Positions 49,644 to 59,825 of a DNA stretch of 64,000 nt are shown one piece after another. Origin of the DNA: Alphaproteobacteria bacterium (GTDB lineage Bacteria > Pseudomonadota > Alphaproteobacteria > UBA828); assembly GCA_965214705.1 (NCBI GenBank), contig OZ243972.1, positions 2,368,001-2,432,000 of the forward strand, in the 5' to 3' direction. The translations under genes were made by a program, and so were the position numbers. Each line of letters opens with the position of its first letter. Position 1 is the stretch's first letter. The notes below the pieces were generated by a model, which did not search any database, was not told where the DNA came from, and saw only the letters and a program-made list of their open reading frames with translations.

Positions 49644-49802
49644 CCGGCTGTGCAGCCTCGGCAAAGGCGCAATTGCGGCTGTGCATAAGCTGTGGAATAT
49701 CGCCAAAATCGCTTATATTCAGATAGTTAGCCAATGGGCTTGACCTCGCAGGGAGTCTGCACCACGTTTTAGGCGCCCACTTTGGGCAGGGTTGGGAAAA
49801 GC

Positions 49803-50360
49803 ATGTTCATCCAGACCGAGCGGACCCCGAACCCGGCGACATTAAAATTCCTGCCCGGAGAGGCGGTGATGTCGTCTGGGACTGTGGACTTCCGCGATGT
49901 CGAATCGGCGGAGCGTTCGCCGCTTGCGCGGCGGCTGTTTCAGGTCGAGGGCGTCACCGGCGTTTTCTTCGGTGGCGACTTCGTCTCTGTCTCCAAGTCC
50001 GATGATGCCGACTGGCAGTTGCTGAAACCCGTGATCCTCGGCGTGATCATGGAGCACTTCGTGGCGGGCCATCCACTCCTCCTCGACGATGCCGCGCAGA
50101 CGGCTGAGGAGGCGGCGGACGAAGGCGCCGATGCGGAGATCGTCGGCCAGATCAAGGAGCTGCTCGATACGCGGGTGCGGCCCGCCGTCGCACAGGATGG
50201 CGGGGACATCATCTATCGCGGATTCCAAAACGGCATCGTGATGCTTCAACTGCAGGGATCGTGTCAGGGCTGTCCCAGCTCGACCATGACCCTGAAGATG
50301 GGCATCGAGAACATGCTGAAACACTACATCCCGGAAGTCGTGGAGGTGCGCGCCGTCTAG
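49803..50360 (+). CDS. NifU/NfuA-type Fe-S cluster carrier
   Basis: MFIQTERTPNPATLKFLPG, VRPAVAQDGGDI, GSCQGCPSS. Confidence 0.95.
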   Translation: MFIQTERTPNPATLKFLPGEAVMSSGTVDFRDVESAERSPLARRLFQVEGVTGVFFGGDFVSVSKSDDADWQLLKPVILGVIMEHFVAGHPLLLDDAAQTAEEAADEGADAEIVGQIKELLDTRVRPAVAQDGGDIIYRGFQNGIVMLQLQGSCQGCPSSTMTLKMGIENMLKHYIPEVVEVRAV

Positions 50361-50408
50361 TGCGGCTCGTGCGCTCCCGGCGAAGCCGGGGGAGGGAGTT
50401 AGGGCGTT

Positions 50409-51866
50409 TTGATAAGTGCCGAGGGGCGGGCCCCTGCGCGCGCGCGCAGGGGGAGTGCCCGGTGTTCCCGGCGAAGCGCGCTTGACGCGCCGGCGGAATC
50501 GGCAGGCGGTCAGGGGGTCGCTTCCCTGTCAGTGCCTGGCGTATGGGGAGTTGCGGCACTCGCGGCTCTCGTCTTGACTGCTGCCGGCGCTGAACCGATC
50601 AAGCCGGCCGCTGCCCGAGACGCATCGCCGTTAGGTTTCCTCGCCGCCGGGCCAGTGTCGATGACCGATGCCGCGGCGGAAGCGCCCGCACCCGCAGCCG
50701 ATTCACCGTCCGTGCTCGACCGCTTCGATTTGGTCTTCTCTCTGTCGGAGGCTGCACCTCAGGACATCCTCCCGCTCGCAGTGGTTGACCGGCTTCTTTC
50801 ACTGGCACTCGTTCCTCCCGGTGGTCCGCAGGAAGCCGCGTGGCAAGTGACGGCTGCGGTGCCGGATCGGCCGATCACCGCGTCGCCCCGCTACGCGCCG
50901 ACGATCATGCGGCTCGGGACGCTGCAGGCTGAAGATCCGCCGCCGCTACCCCCGCTGGTGTCGAAGCCGCGCAAGCTGGCACATACCGGCACGAGCGACG
51001 CGATACCGTTGGTTGTGCTCAAGCCTCCAATAAGGGGCACGTCGGCCAACGCCGTCATCGCGCGCTTCGAGTCGATCGGCTACGACCTCGACCAGGTGCG
51101 GAGGGCGGCCAGTCCCGTGCCGCGCTTCTATCTCGATGCGCTCCCGCGCGATCTCGCCGGCATGTCGCCGATCAGTGCAAAGAAGCGGCTTTTCTTCCAG
51201 GCGGTCCTCCCGATCGTTCTCCAGGTCAACGAGGAGATCACCGTCGACCGCTGGCGGCTGGAGCGACTGGCAGACAGGTTCACGCGGGCCGACACGCCTT
51301 CACCTGCCGACGCGATCTCGTCCGCTGACCGGGAATGGCTCGCCACAATGGCCGACCTCTACGGAACGGCCCCGTTCGACGTGCGGGAGCTTCTGAACCG
51401 GATGGATGTCGTGCCGCCCTCGCTGGCGCTGGCACAGGCGGCGGAAGAGTCGGGGTGGGGTACCTCCCGCTTCGCGCGGCAGGGCAACGCGCTCTTCGGT
51501 CAATACACCTACAAGTCCAAGTCCGGCATCCTGCCCGCGCGGCGCGACGCGGACAGAAGGCATCGCGTGCGCAGCCATGACAATCTGCTCGCGGCGGTGC
51601 GCGCCTATGTCCACAACCTCAACAGCCATTGGGCCTATGATGACTTCCGCCGCCGGCGGGCTCAGCTACGCCGGGATGGTGGCCAAATTAGCGGCTACGT
51701 TCTGGCCGGCGAGCTGCGGACCTATTCAGAGCGACGCGGGGCTTACGTAGAGAGCATCCGCCGGATCATTCGGCAGAACCGGCTCGGCGACTTCGACCGG
51801 GCGTGGTTGTACAACCGCCAGTGGACGACGGTGGTCGGCCCGCCGAGCAGGCGGCCGCCCATCTGA
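50409..51866 (+). CDS. Bax-like glucosaminidase (GH73) with long N-terminal extension
   Basis: VPPSLALAQAAEESGWGTSRFA..GNALFG, Y.HNLNSH.AY, YSER; true start uncertain, may be downstream. Confidence 0.85.
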   Translation: MISAEGRAPARARRGSARCSRRSALDAPAESAGGQGVASLSVPGVWGVAALAALVLTAAGAEPIKPAAARDASPLGFLAAGPVSMTDAAAEAPAPAADSPSVLDRFDLVFSLSEAAPQDILPLAVVDRLLSLALVPPGGPQEAAWQVTAAVPDRPITASPRYAPTIMRLGTLQAEDPPPLPPLVSKPRKLAHTGTSDAIPLVVLKPPIRGTSANAVIARFESIGYDLDQVRRAASPVPRFYLDALPRDLAGMSPISAKKRLFFQAVLPIVLQVNEEITVDRWRLERLADRFTRADTPSPADAISSADREWLATMADLYGTAPFDVRELLNRMDVVPPSLALAQAAEESGWGTSRFARQGNALFGQYTYKSKSGILPARRDADRRHRVRSHDNLLAAVRAYVHNLNSHWAYDDFRRRRAQLRRDGGQISGYVLAGELRTYSERRGAYVESIRRIIRQNRLGDFDRAWLYNRQWTTVVGPPSRRPPI

Positions 51867-51917
51867 CCAGTCGGCTGCGTGCGCAGGCGGTTAGTGGGAA
51901 CCGCCAGTCGCGCGCCG

Positions 51918-52946
51918 TCAAGGCACAACGAACTGCAGGCCGAACCAGCGCCAGCGCCCCTCTTCGGCGGGGGCGGTGCAATTGAGCCGGGCCCGGCCGG
52001 GCGGGAAGGGCCCGTCAAAGTTGACCTGCACGCGTCCACCTTCCTCGTGCTCGATGGTGGCAACGACGCCGCCCGACGCGAAGCAGGCGAGGGCGTTGCG
52101 GTTCGCCAGCGGCGGCTCGATCGTAAAGCCGATCACCGGCGGGTTCTGCTCCAAGATCTGATCTGCCGGCGTCACGTCGCGGGCGCCAAGCGACAGGGTG
52201 TCCACGATCAGCTTGAAGCGGTCGAACTCGCCGTAGCGCTGATTTAGCGCAAAGCGCGGCAAGTTGAGCGTGTCCGAATGCGCTCCGACGGCGCCGGAGT
52301 GTTGGCCGAAGGCCGCGGCGAAGCCCAACTCCGCGACGAGCGTTCGCAGGGCGCCGTTCCATTCGCCGTAGGGGTAGGCGAAGAGCGCGGCGTCCAAGCC
52401 GAGCTCCTCCTGAATTCGTTGGCGTGCCTTCTCAAGGTCTTCTCTGTTTGCAGCGTCGTCGTTCTGCCACATGCGTCCGTGCGCGGCGCCGTGATTGCCG
52501 ATGGTCACGCCGGCCGCGACCAGCTGACGGAGCTCGTCCCAGCTCATGATGCTCGCGTGGCCCTGGTCGACCGGATCGGTGGAGACGAACACGGTGAAAG
52601 GGAAGCCCGCGGCCTCGAATCGCGGCCATCCCTCGACGAAGGTCGAGCGCGTTGCATCATCGACGGTGATGCCGATGGTGCGATCCGGCAGAGACCGGCC
52701 GGCGTCGAGAGCGGCAAGAATCTCCGGAACCGGAAGCACGGTGTAACCGCCGGTCGAAAGGTGCTCGATGTGCGCCTCGAACTGCTCGATGGTGACGCTC
52801 GTCGACGGATACGCGTCCTCGCCGAAGCGGTGATATTGCAGGATGACGGCCGAATCTGCGGCGACTGCCGGCCCGATGCCGGCCGCAATCGTGGCGGTCA
52901 TCGCCCAGCCGATGCATATGGTGCGGAGGAGCCGACGAGCGCTCAT
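51918..52946 (-). CDS. Exported polysaccharide deacetylase
   Basis: Signal peptide, ILQYHRFG, ITVDD, NHGAAH, FAYPYGE; ATG at 52946. Confidence 0.9.
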   Translation of the reverse strand: MSARRLLRTICIGWAMTATIAAGIGPAVAADSAVILQYHRFGEDAYPSTSVTIEQFEAHIEHLSTGGYTVLPVPEILAALDAGRSLPDRTIGITVDDATRSTFVEGWPRFEAAGFPFTVFVSTDPVDQGHASIMSWDELRQLVAAGVTIGNHGAAHGRMWQNDDAANREDLEKARQRIQEELGLDAALFAYPYGEWNGALRTLVAELGFAAAFGQHSGAVGAHSDTLNLPRFALNQRYGEFDRFKLIVDTLSLGARDVTPADQILEQNPPVIGFTIEPPLANRNALACFASGGVVATIEHEEGGRVQVNFDGPFPPGRARLNCTAPAEEGRWRWFGLQFVVP

Positions 52947-53506
52947 GGGCTCATGAGCCCGGTGCCGGCGGCGGAGTCCCAGAGCAAGGGATAACGGCGC
53001 GGTGTGAACATCTGATAGTGCCACCATTCGTTGAGATAGTGATCCCAGCCGGCAGACGCCATCAGGCCGAGAAGCAGCATACGGTTGCGCTGGGCCGCCG
53101 ACGTCGGCGCGGTGCTACCGTGGAACGCGCGTGGCGTCAGGTCGTCGAAACCGGTGCCCATGTCGAGCGGCACCCCGGTCTCCCGGTCCGCGAGGCTGAG
53201 ATCGACCGCGACGCCACGCGAATGCGGCGATCCGCGCCGCGGGTCCGCGAGGAAGGTCGGGTCCGGACACTGCCGCCAGAGAGCCCATTGCGCCTCCACC
53301 GGACGATAGCCGTCGAAAACGACCAGCTTCAGGCCCTGGGTGTCGGCGAGTCCAATGGCGCGTTCCAACAGCGCTGCGGCTTCGCGGTGCAGGTAACACG
53401 CCGCCCGGCGGTAGATGGGGTGGCCGGTGACGTTGTCGTCGGTGGCGTAGGCGAGCGCCAGCGATACGTCGAAGCGCGGCGGTGCGATCTCGACCAGGTC
53501 GGTCAT
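52943..53506 (-). CDS. ddpX: D-alanyl-D-alanine dipeptidase
   Basis: FDGYRP, SPHSRGVAVD, DMGTGFD, EWWHY; ATG at 53506. Confidence 0.93.
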   Translation of the reverse strand: MTDLVEIAPPRFDVSLALAYATDDNVTGHPIYRRAACYLHREAAALLERAIGLADTQGLKLVVFDGYRPVEAQWALWRQCPDPTFLADPRRGSPHSRGVAVDLSLADRETGVPLDMGTGFDDLTPRAFHGSTAPTSAAQRNRMLLLGLMASAGWDHYLNEWWHYQMFTPRRYPLLWDSAAGTGLMSP

Positions 53507-53638
53507 GAACCCCAGGGTGTCGCGGACGTGGGCAGGGGCAACAACAATAGCACCGGCATGCCCGGCGTTGCATGGTTGCGGGTACGGCCGGACGGGTGCT
53601 AGAGCCGCGGACGACGGGAAGACGGCACAGCTCGGCTC

Positions 53639-54361
53639 ATGACCTCGGATGGATTGACGATACTCGGGTTCGACACGGCGACGACGGCCTGCTCCGGCGC
53701 GCTTTGGGCGGGTGGGGAGGTGATCGCCCACAGGCGCGTCGAGGCCGGGGGCCGGCACGCCGAGACTCTCGTCCCCATGCTGCGCGAGGTCGCGGCCGAA
53801 GGGAACACGACGCTTGCGGCGGTGGACCAGTTCGCGGTCACGGTCGGCCCCGGCTCGTTCACCGGCATCCGAATTGGCCTTGCGACCGCCCGCGGCCTCG
53901 CCCTCGCTCTGAAGCGGCCCTTGGTCGGCCTCTCGACGCTGGAAGTTCTTGCCGCCGGCGTTCCCAAAGCAGAGCGCGGCGGGCCAATCCTCGCCGCGCT
54001 CGATGCCAGACGGGGGCGTCTCTACGCCCAACTCTTCGATCGCTCGCTAAGCGCGCTTTCTGAACCCCAGGCCCTCCACGTGGAGGCGTTGCCCGGCCTT
54101 GTGGCGGCGGCAGGGAACGAAGAGCCGCTTGTCGTGGTGGGGACCGGGCAGGCCGCGGCGGTCGCGGCGCTCGCGCCAACGATCGACGCGCTCCAGGCGA
54201 CCGGCTCGCCCACGCCCGATGCCCGCGTGCTCGTGCGCCGTGCCGCTACCCGCATCGAAACGGGAGGCGGTGAATGCAACGCCGTGCGACCTCTCTATCT
54301 CCGGGAGGCGGGAGCGCGGCCGCGTACGCGGCCGGCTGCAGGGGGACCGCCGCATGCGTGA
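53639..54361 (+). CDS. tsaB: tRNA threonylcarbamoyladenosine biosynthesis protein TsaB
   Basis: ILGFDTA, HAETLVP, GPGSFTGIRIG, DARRG, PLYLR. Confidence 0.95.
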   Translation: MTSDGLTILGFDTATTACSGALWAGGEVIAHRRVEAGGRHAETLVPMLREVAAEGNTTLAAVDQFAVTVGPGSFTGIRIGLATARGLALALKRPLVGLSTLEVLAAGVPKAERGGPILAALDARRGRLYAQLFDRSLSALSEPQALHVEALPGLVAAAGNEEPLVVVGTGQAAAVAALAPTIDALQATGSPTPDARVLVRRAATRIETGGGECNAVRPLYLREAGARPRTRPAAGGPPHA

Positions 54362-54380
54362 GCGGTTTGGCGAAGTAGCG

Positions 54381-54431
54381 ATGACCATCCAGGTGTTGCG
54401 TCCCGGCGATTTGCCGGCGGAAGCAAGTTAG
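54381..54431 (+). pseudogene. Possible N-terminal stub of a RimI-like acetyltransferase
   Basis: MTIQVLRPGDLPAEAS* immediately after tsaB, where rimI usually lies; resembles a GNAT beta1-alpha1 start. Only 16 aa, so weak. Confidence 0.35.
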
Positions 54432-55237
54432 GCGGGGCGCGGGGCCCAGAAACGTTTTCTGATCGGCGGGGTGAGTTTGCCGCTGATCGCGCGGGAGACC
54501 CCATCGGCGATCGCGGCCTGGCAGGCTTCGGCCATCTCCTTGCGGGAGCCGAACTGCTCGATGGTCACGGGCTCGTGGAACTGGATGGCGATGGTGGCAT
54601 TGCCGAGACCGGCCACCTTCCAGAGATGGCTCGCGAGCTCCATGTCCCCGTACCAGGCGTAGAACGGGCGGTAGGGCCGCCCCATGGGAATTCCGTTCAG
54701 CCGTGTGTAGGCGATCGAGACCGGCTGGACCGTGAGCGGTTTGCCCCTGACCGGCTTCTCGGCAATGCCGAAGAAGGCGCTCTTGAACGGCAGCACCCTG
54801 TTGCCGTCGTTGCTGGTGCCTTCCGGGAACAGGATCAGGTTGTCGCCGGCTTCGAGCCGGGCGGTCATGTTGTCGCGGTGATGGGCGGTCCGCGACGCGC
54901 GGCGCTCCACGAACACGGTCCGCTGCAGTTTGGCGAGGAAGCCGAACAAGGGCCAGTTCCGCACCTCGGCTTTGGCGACGAAGCTCCCCGGCACCACGGC
55001 GCCCAGCGCGCTGATGTCGAGATAAGAGGTGTGATTGCACACGAAGAGGGTGGGCACGGTCCGCGACGCCGTGCCGTACCGCTCGATCCTGAACCCGAAG
55101 ATGCGGCACACGCCCCGGTGCCAGACCATGGGCAGACGCTTGGCGAGCGGCGCCCGGATCGCCATGAGGACCAGTTGAAACGGGACCAGACTGATGGTCC
55201 AGCCGAAGAAGCGAAGCAACACCACGAACGCGATCAT
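54428..55237 (-). CDS. olsA: Lysophospholipid / lyso-ornithine lipid acyltransferase (PlsC/OlsA family)
   Basis: NHTSYLD, FVAKAEV, LFPEGTS; coupled to olsB; ATG at 55237. Confidence 0.85.
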   Translation of the reverse strand: MIAFVVLLRFFGWTISLVPFQLVLMAIRAPLAKRLPMVWHRGVCRIFGFRIERYGTASRTVPTLFVCNHTSYLDISALGAVVPGSFVAKAEVRNWPLFGFLAKLQRTVFVERRASRTAHHRDNMTARLEAGDNLILFPEGTSNDGNRVLPFKSAFFGIAEKPVRGKPLTVQPVSIAYTRLNGIPMGRPYRPFYAWYGDMELASHLWKVAGLGNATIAIQFHEPVTIEQFGSRKEMAEACQAAIADGVSRAISGKLTPPIRKRFWAPRPA

Positions 55238-56013
55238 GTGAGCTTGTCCCGGTAGCGTTGGGTCACGAGGTCGGTCTTGACGACGATGCTGACATCGACG
55301 CTGCCCCATTGCCAGTCGATCACCCCGCCGTCGCCGACGAAGCCGTTGAGCCTGAGATAGCCCTTGATCAGAGGCGGCACAGCCTTGAGCGCGGCCCGCC
55401 TGTCCAGCGCCTCCTTGGGTATCAGGTCCATGTTGACGTAGTGCTCGTCCCTGGCGCGCGGGCGGAGCGCCGGCGGCGCAAGGTAGTTGTGGTAGAGGTA
55501 GGAAAGCGGCTCGGCGTGCTCCTGAGGATCGGTGCCCGGAAAACTGGCGCAGCCGAACATGACCGGCACGTCGTAGTGCAGCACATAGGCCGCGTTGCCC
55601 CGCCAGAGCAAGGTCATGGTGGTGCCGTTGCGGTAGGCGGGGTCGACGCAGGAGCGGCCAAGCTCCAGGATCTCGCCGGGTTGGGCGACGATCGTATCGA
55701 TGTCGTACTCCCAGGACGAGTAGAAGCCGCCGTGGGCGTCCGCCACCGAGCGCCGAAGCAGGCGGTAAGTGCCGACCACCTTGTCGGCGGCGCTGCGGTC
55801 GTGGTCGATCACCATGAGATGGTCGCAATAGGTGTCGAAGCGGTCGAAGTCGCGCTCGCGCGCCGCCATCTCGCCGCTCGGGTCGGCCGCCATCTCCTCG
55901 TAGAAGACGCGATAGCGCAGCGCTTGGACGGCGTCCACGTCCGCCGCCGAGCGGGCCAGGCGAACCTCAAGGCTACCGGCGACGATCCCGGCCATGAAAT
56001 CATCGTCGGTCAT
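55234..56013 (-). CDS. olsB: Ornithine-acyl-ACP N-acyltransferase (GNAT)
   Basis: LRYRVFYEE, DRFDTYCDH, VGTYRLL, ELGRSCV, PPLIKGYLRL. Confidence 0.9.
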   Translation of the reverse strand: MTDDDFMAGIVAGSLEVRLARSAADVDAVQALRYRVFYEEMAADPSGEMAARERDFDRFDTYCDHLMVIDHDRSAADKVVGTYRLLRRSVADAHGGFYSSWEYDIDTIVAQPGEILELGRSCVDPAYRNGTTMTLLWRGNAAYVLHYDVPVMFGCASFPGTDPQEHAEPLSYLYHNYLAPPALRPRARDEHYVNMDLIPKEALDRRAALKAVPPLIKGYLRLNGFVGDGGVIDWQWGSVDVSIVVKTDLVTQRYRDKLT

Positions 56014-56028
56014 GGGCTCTCGCTTGCG

Positions 56029-56451
56029 CTAGTCCTCGGGCGTGTCCAACGGGACCGCGTAGAGCTCCAGCCGGTGATCCACCAGCTTGTAGCCGAGCGC
56101 CTTGGCGACGGCGGCCTGGAGCGCCTCGATCTCTTCGTTCTGAAACTCGATCACCTTGCCCGACGTGAGGTCGATCAGGTGATCGTGGTGCTCGTCGGGA
56201 TGCTCCTCATAGCGCGCCCGCCCGTCGCGGAAGTCGTGGCGTTCCAGCAGCCCGCATTCCTCGAAGAGCCGCACCGTGCGATAGACCGTCGCCAAGCTGA
56301 TGCGCGGATCGATGGCGGTCGCGCGCTGGTAGAGCCCCTCCACGTCGGGATGGTCCTTGGCGTCCGAGAGGACGCGCGCAATCACGCGCCGCTGCTCGGT
56401 CATCTTCAGACCGATTTCGGCGCATCGCTTTTCGAGGTTCGATGCCGGCAC
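56029..56451 (-). CDS. fur: Fur/Mur family transcriptional regulator
   Basis: MTEQRRVIA, DHPDVE, ATVYRT, HHDHLID, HRLELY; GTG 56451 chosen because a TATAAT lies at 56488-56493 on the minus strand; start uncertain. Confidence 0.92.
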   Translation of the reverse strand: MPASNLEKRCAEIGLKMTEQRRVIARVLSDAKDHPDVEGLYQRATAIDPRISLATVYRTVRLFEECGLLERHDFRDGRARYEEHPDEHHDHLIDLTSGKVIEFQNEEIEALQAAVAKALGYKLVDHRLELYAVPLDTPED

Positions 56452-56614
56452 GGGGGCCTGCTTCTCCACGGCCGTGTGACTCACGGCATTATAAGCCAGT
56501 GCGCGGGGCGTGGCGACCACTGCGGCCCAGAATCGGCTTCCAGCGGTGGCAATCGAACCGCGATTGCCCTAGGTTTCCTGCACTGGAGCGCCACGCACCC
56601 GGCGAAGCGGGTCC

Positions 56615-56953
56615 ATGACCAATCAAAAGCCCGACCTTTCGAAGCAGCAGATCCTGGAGTCGATCGGCCGCATCGTCGCAGACGGCGAGGGGCGCGAGCC
56701 GGACCCCGGCGAGGACGACGACATCCTCGACCTGATCGACGTGGTGGACGAGCAGGGCAACGCGATCCATCTGGATCAGGAGCGTGGAGGCGCGCCGGAA
56801 GTCGCGGAGGACGGCCGGGCCAGCGAGGAGCAGGTGCTGGAGACGCTCCGGCCGATGCTGCAGACGTGGCTCGACACCCACATGCCTCCGATGGTCGAGC
56901 GCTTGGTCAAGCGCGAGATCGAACGCGTGTCGAGCCGCGCCGAGCCCGAGTAA
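56615..56953 (+). CDS. popZ: PopZ-like polar organising protein (DUF2497)
   Basis: ILESIGRIV N-helix, acidic linker, LRPMLQTWLD..MP.MVERLV.REIERV C-terminus; upstream of valS. Confidence 0.8.
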   Translation: MTNQKPDLSKQQILESIGRIVADGEGREPDPGEDDDILDLIDVVDEQGNAIHLDQERGGAPEVAEDGRASEEQVLETLRPMLQTWLDTHMPPMVERLVKREIERVSSRAEPE

Positions 56954-57026
56954 GCCGCTCCCGCAAGGTGCCATTCCACCTGCCGCCACACTAGCCCCAT
57001 CTCCCTGAAACGGTTACGAGACGACG

Positions 57027-59678
57027 ATGCTGGAGAAGACCTATCGGCCTGCCGATTTCGAGGGCCGTCTTTACGATCTTTGGGAGAAGAGCGGCGGTTT
57101 CGCCGGGAACCCAGGCGGCGGTACGCCCTGGTGCGTGATGATGCCGCCGCCGAATGTCACCGGCAGCCTGCACATGGGGCACGCGCTCAACAACACGCTG
57201 CAGGACGTGCTCACCCGCTACCGGCGCAAGACCGGCCGTAACGCGCTCTGGCAGCCGGGCATGGACCACGCGGGCATCGCGACGCAGATGGTGGTCGAGC
57301 GCCAGCTGGCCGAGGAGGGGACGGATCGGCGCAGCCTCGGCCGCGATGCCTTCATCGATCGGGTCTGGTCCTGGAAGGCGGAATCCGGCGGCGCCATCGG
57401 GCGCCAGCTCCGCCGCCTCGGTGCTTCGCCCGACTGGTCGCGCGAGCGCTTCACCATGGACGAAGGCTTGAGCCGGGCGGTGATCGAGGTCTTCGTCACC
57501 CTCTACCGGCAAGGCCTGATCTACCGCGACAAGCGCCTGGTCAACTGGGACCCGGTATTGGGCACTGCGATCTCCGATCTGGAGGTCGAGCAGCGCGAGA
57601 TGCGGGACGGCAAGCTCTGGCACATCCGCTATCCGCTGGAAGGGCGGCCCGGCGCGCACATCGTCGTCGCCACCACCCGGCCCGAGACCATGCTGGGCGA
57701 TACCGCCGTCGCCGTGCACCCGGAGGACGAGCGCTATCGGGGTCTCATCGGCAGCCGCGCCGTGTTGCCCCTCGTCGGTCGCTACCTGCCGATCGTTGCC
57801 GATGACTACGCCGACCCCGAGCAGGGCTCGGGCGCGGTGAAGATCACGCCGGCCCACGACTTCAACGACTTCGAGGTGGGCCGTCGTCACGACCTCGAGA
57901 TCGTCAACGTGTTCGACGCCGAGGCCCGGATCAACGAGAACGCGCCCGAGGCCTACCGCGGCCTCGACCGGATGGAGGCGCGCGAGCGCGTGCTTGCCGA
58001 CCTGGAAGCGCAAGGCCTGATCGAGGCGGTCGAGCCCCACGTCCACGCCGTGCCCCACGGCGACCGTTCGGGCGCGGTGATCGAGCCGTGGCTCACCGAC
58101 CAGTGGTACGTCGATGCCGAGACGCTGGCCAAGCCTGCGATCGAGGCGGTGGAGGACGGCCGCATCCGCTTCGTGCCGGAGCGTTGGGCCAACACCTATT
58201 TCGAGTGGATGCGCAACATCCAGCCCTGGTGCATCTCGCGCCAGCTCTGGTGGGGCCACCGCATCCCGGCGTGGTACGGGCCCGACGGCCAGGTCTTCGT
58301 CGCCGCCACCGAGGCCGAGGCGGAGGAGCAGGCAGCGCTACATTACGGCCGAGCCGAGCCGCTCACGCGCGACGAAGACGTGCTGGATACCTGGTTCAGC
58401 TCGGGCCTCTGGCCCTTCTCGACCCTGGGCTGGCCCGAGCGTACCGACGCGCTGGAGACCTACTACCCCAACAGCGATCTGATCACGGGCTTCGATATCA
58501 TCTTCTTCTGGGTCGCCCGGATGGTGATGTTGGGAATGCACTTCATAAGCGATGTCCCCTTCCGCACGGTCTACATCCACGCACTCGTGCGCGACGAGAA
58601 GGGGCAGAAGATGTCGAAGAGCAAGGGCAACGTGATCGACCCGCTCGCGCTCATCGACAAGTACGGCGCCGATGCGCTGCGCTTTACGCTGGCGGCGATG
58701 GAGGCGCAGGGGCGCGACATCAAGCTCGCCGAGAGCCGCGTCGCCGGCTACCGCAACTTCGCCACCAAGCTCTGGAACGCGGCGCGCTTTTGCGAGGCCA
58801 ACGGGTGTACGCCCGTCGCCGGCTTCGATCCCGCCGAGGCCGAGGGCCAGGTCAATCGCTGGATCGTGGGCGAGGCCGCCCGCGCGGCCCGCGAGGTGAC
58901 GGACGCGCTCGACGCCTATCGCTTCGATGCGGCGGCGGGCGCGGTCTACCATTTCACCTGGGATGTCTTCTGCGATTGGTATCTTGAATTTTCCAAGCCC
59001 ACGCTGTCGGGTCCCGACGGACCGGCGAAAGCGGAGACTCGCGCTACTGCCGCCTGGGTGCTGGATACGATTTTGGGTCTGCTCCATCCCTTCATGCCCT
59101 TCGTCACCGAGGAGCTTTGGGGCCGGATCGACGAGAGCCGCGCGGGCACGCTAATCACGGCGTCCTGGCCGGCGCTCGACGAGAGCATCGGCGATACCGA
59201 TGCCGCGCAAGAGATGGACTGGGTGGTGCGACTGGTCACGGCGGTGCGCGCCGTCAGGGCCGAGATGAACGTGCCGGCCGGCGCCCGCATCGCTCTCGGA
59301 TTGCGCGGGTGCGCGCCGGAGACGGCAGCGCGCCTCGATCGCCACCGTGAGGTCATCGCTCGGCTCGCCCGCCTCAGCGAGGCCGAGGCGCTGGACGGCG
59401 ACGTGCCATCTGGCTCGGTGCAGATGATGCTGGACGAAGCGACCGTCGTGCTCCCGCTCGCGGGTGTGATCGAGTTCGACAAGGAACGCGCAAGGCTCGA
59501 CCGGGAGCTCGGCAAGGTGGGCATGGAGCGGGCCAAGCTGGAGCGGAAGCTGGAGAACGAGCAATTCCTGTCGCGGGCGCCGGCCCACGTCGTCGAAGAG
59601 CAGCGCGGACGCCTCGACGAGGCGTGCACGGTAGAAGCCCGGCTCAAGGCCGCGCTGGAGCGCATCGCCGCGTCGTAA
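57027..59678 (+). CDS. valS: Valine-tRNA ligase
   Basis: [35 protein letters not shown]. Confidence 0.98.
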   Translation: MLEKTYRPADFEGRLYDLWEKSGGFAGNPGGGTPWCVMMPPPNVTGSLHMGHALNNTLQDVLTRYRRKTGRNALWQPGMDHAGIATQMVVERQLAEEGTDRRSLGRDAFIDRVWSWKAESGGAIGRQLRRLGASPDWSRERFTMDEGLSRAVIEVFVTLYRQGLIYRDKRLVNWDPVLGTAISDLEVEQREMRDGKLWHIRYPLEGRPGAHIVVATTRPETMLGDTAVAVHPEDERYRGLIGSRAVLPLVGRYLPIVADDYADPEQGSGAVKITPAHDFNDFEVGRRHDLEIVNVFDAEARINENAPEAYRGLDRMEARERVLADLEAQGLIEAVEPHVHAVPHGDRSGAVIEPWLTDQWYVDAETLAKPAIEAVEDGRIRFVPERWANTYFEWMRNIQPWCISRQLWWGHRIPAWYGPDGQVFVAATEAEAEEQAALHYGRAEPLTRDEDVLDTWFSSGLWPFSTLGWPERTDALETYYPNSDLITGFDIIFFWVARMVMLGMHFISDVPFRTVYIHALVRDEKGQKMSKSKGNVIDPLALIDKYGADALRFTLAAMEAQGRDIKLAESRVAGYRNFATKLWNAARFCEANGCTPVAGFDPAEAEGQVNRWIVGEAARAAREVTDALDAYRFDAAAGAVYHFTWDVFCDWYLEFSKPTLSGPDGPAKAETRATAAWVLDTILGLLHPFMPFVTEELWGRIDESRAGTLITASWPALDESIGDTDAAQEMDWVVRLVTAVRAVRAEMNVPAGARIALGLRGCAPETAARLDRHREVIARLARLSEAEALDGDVPSGSVQMMLDEATVVLPLAGVIEFDKERARLDRELGKVGMERAKLERKLENEQFLSRAPAHVVEEQRGRLDEACTVEARLKAALERIAAS

Positions 59679-59825
59679 CGGTGCCGCGACGACGCGCGCC
59701 GCTTGACCGCGGCCCACCGGGGCGAGTAAGCCGTGCGCCGTCGGGCCGGGGCTGGGTAGGTCGGCCCGCACTGCAAATACCGCACCGCCCCGCAACCGAG
59801 GGCGGCGCGTAGGGGGAAGGGCGCC

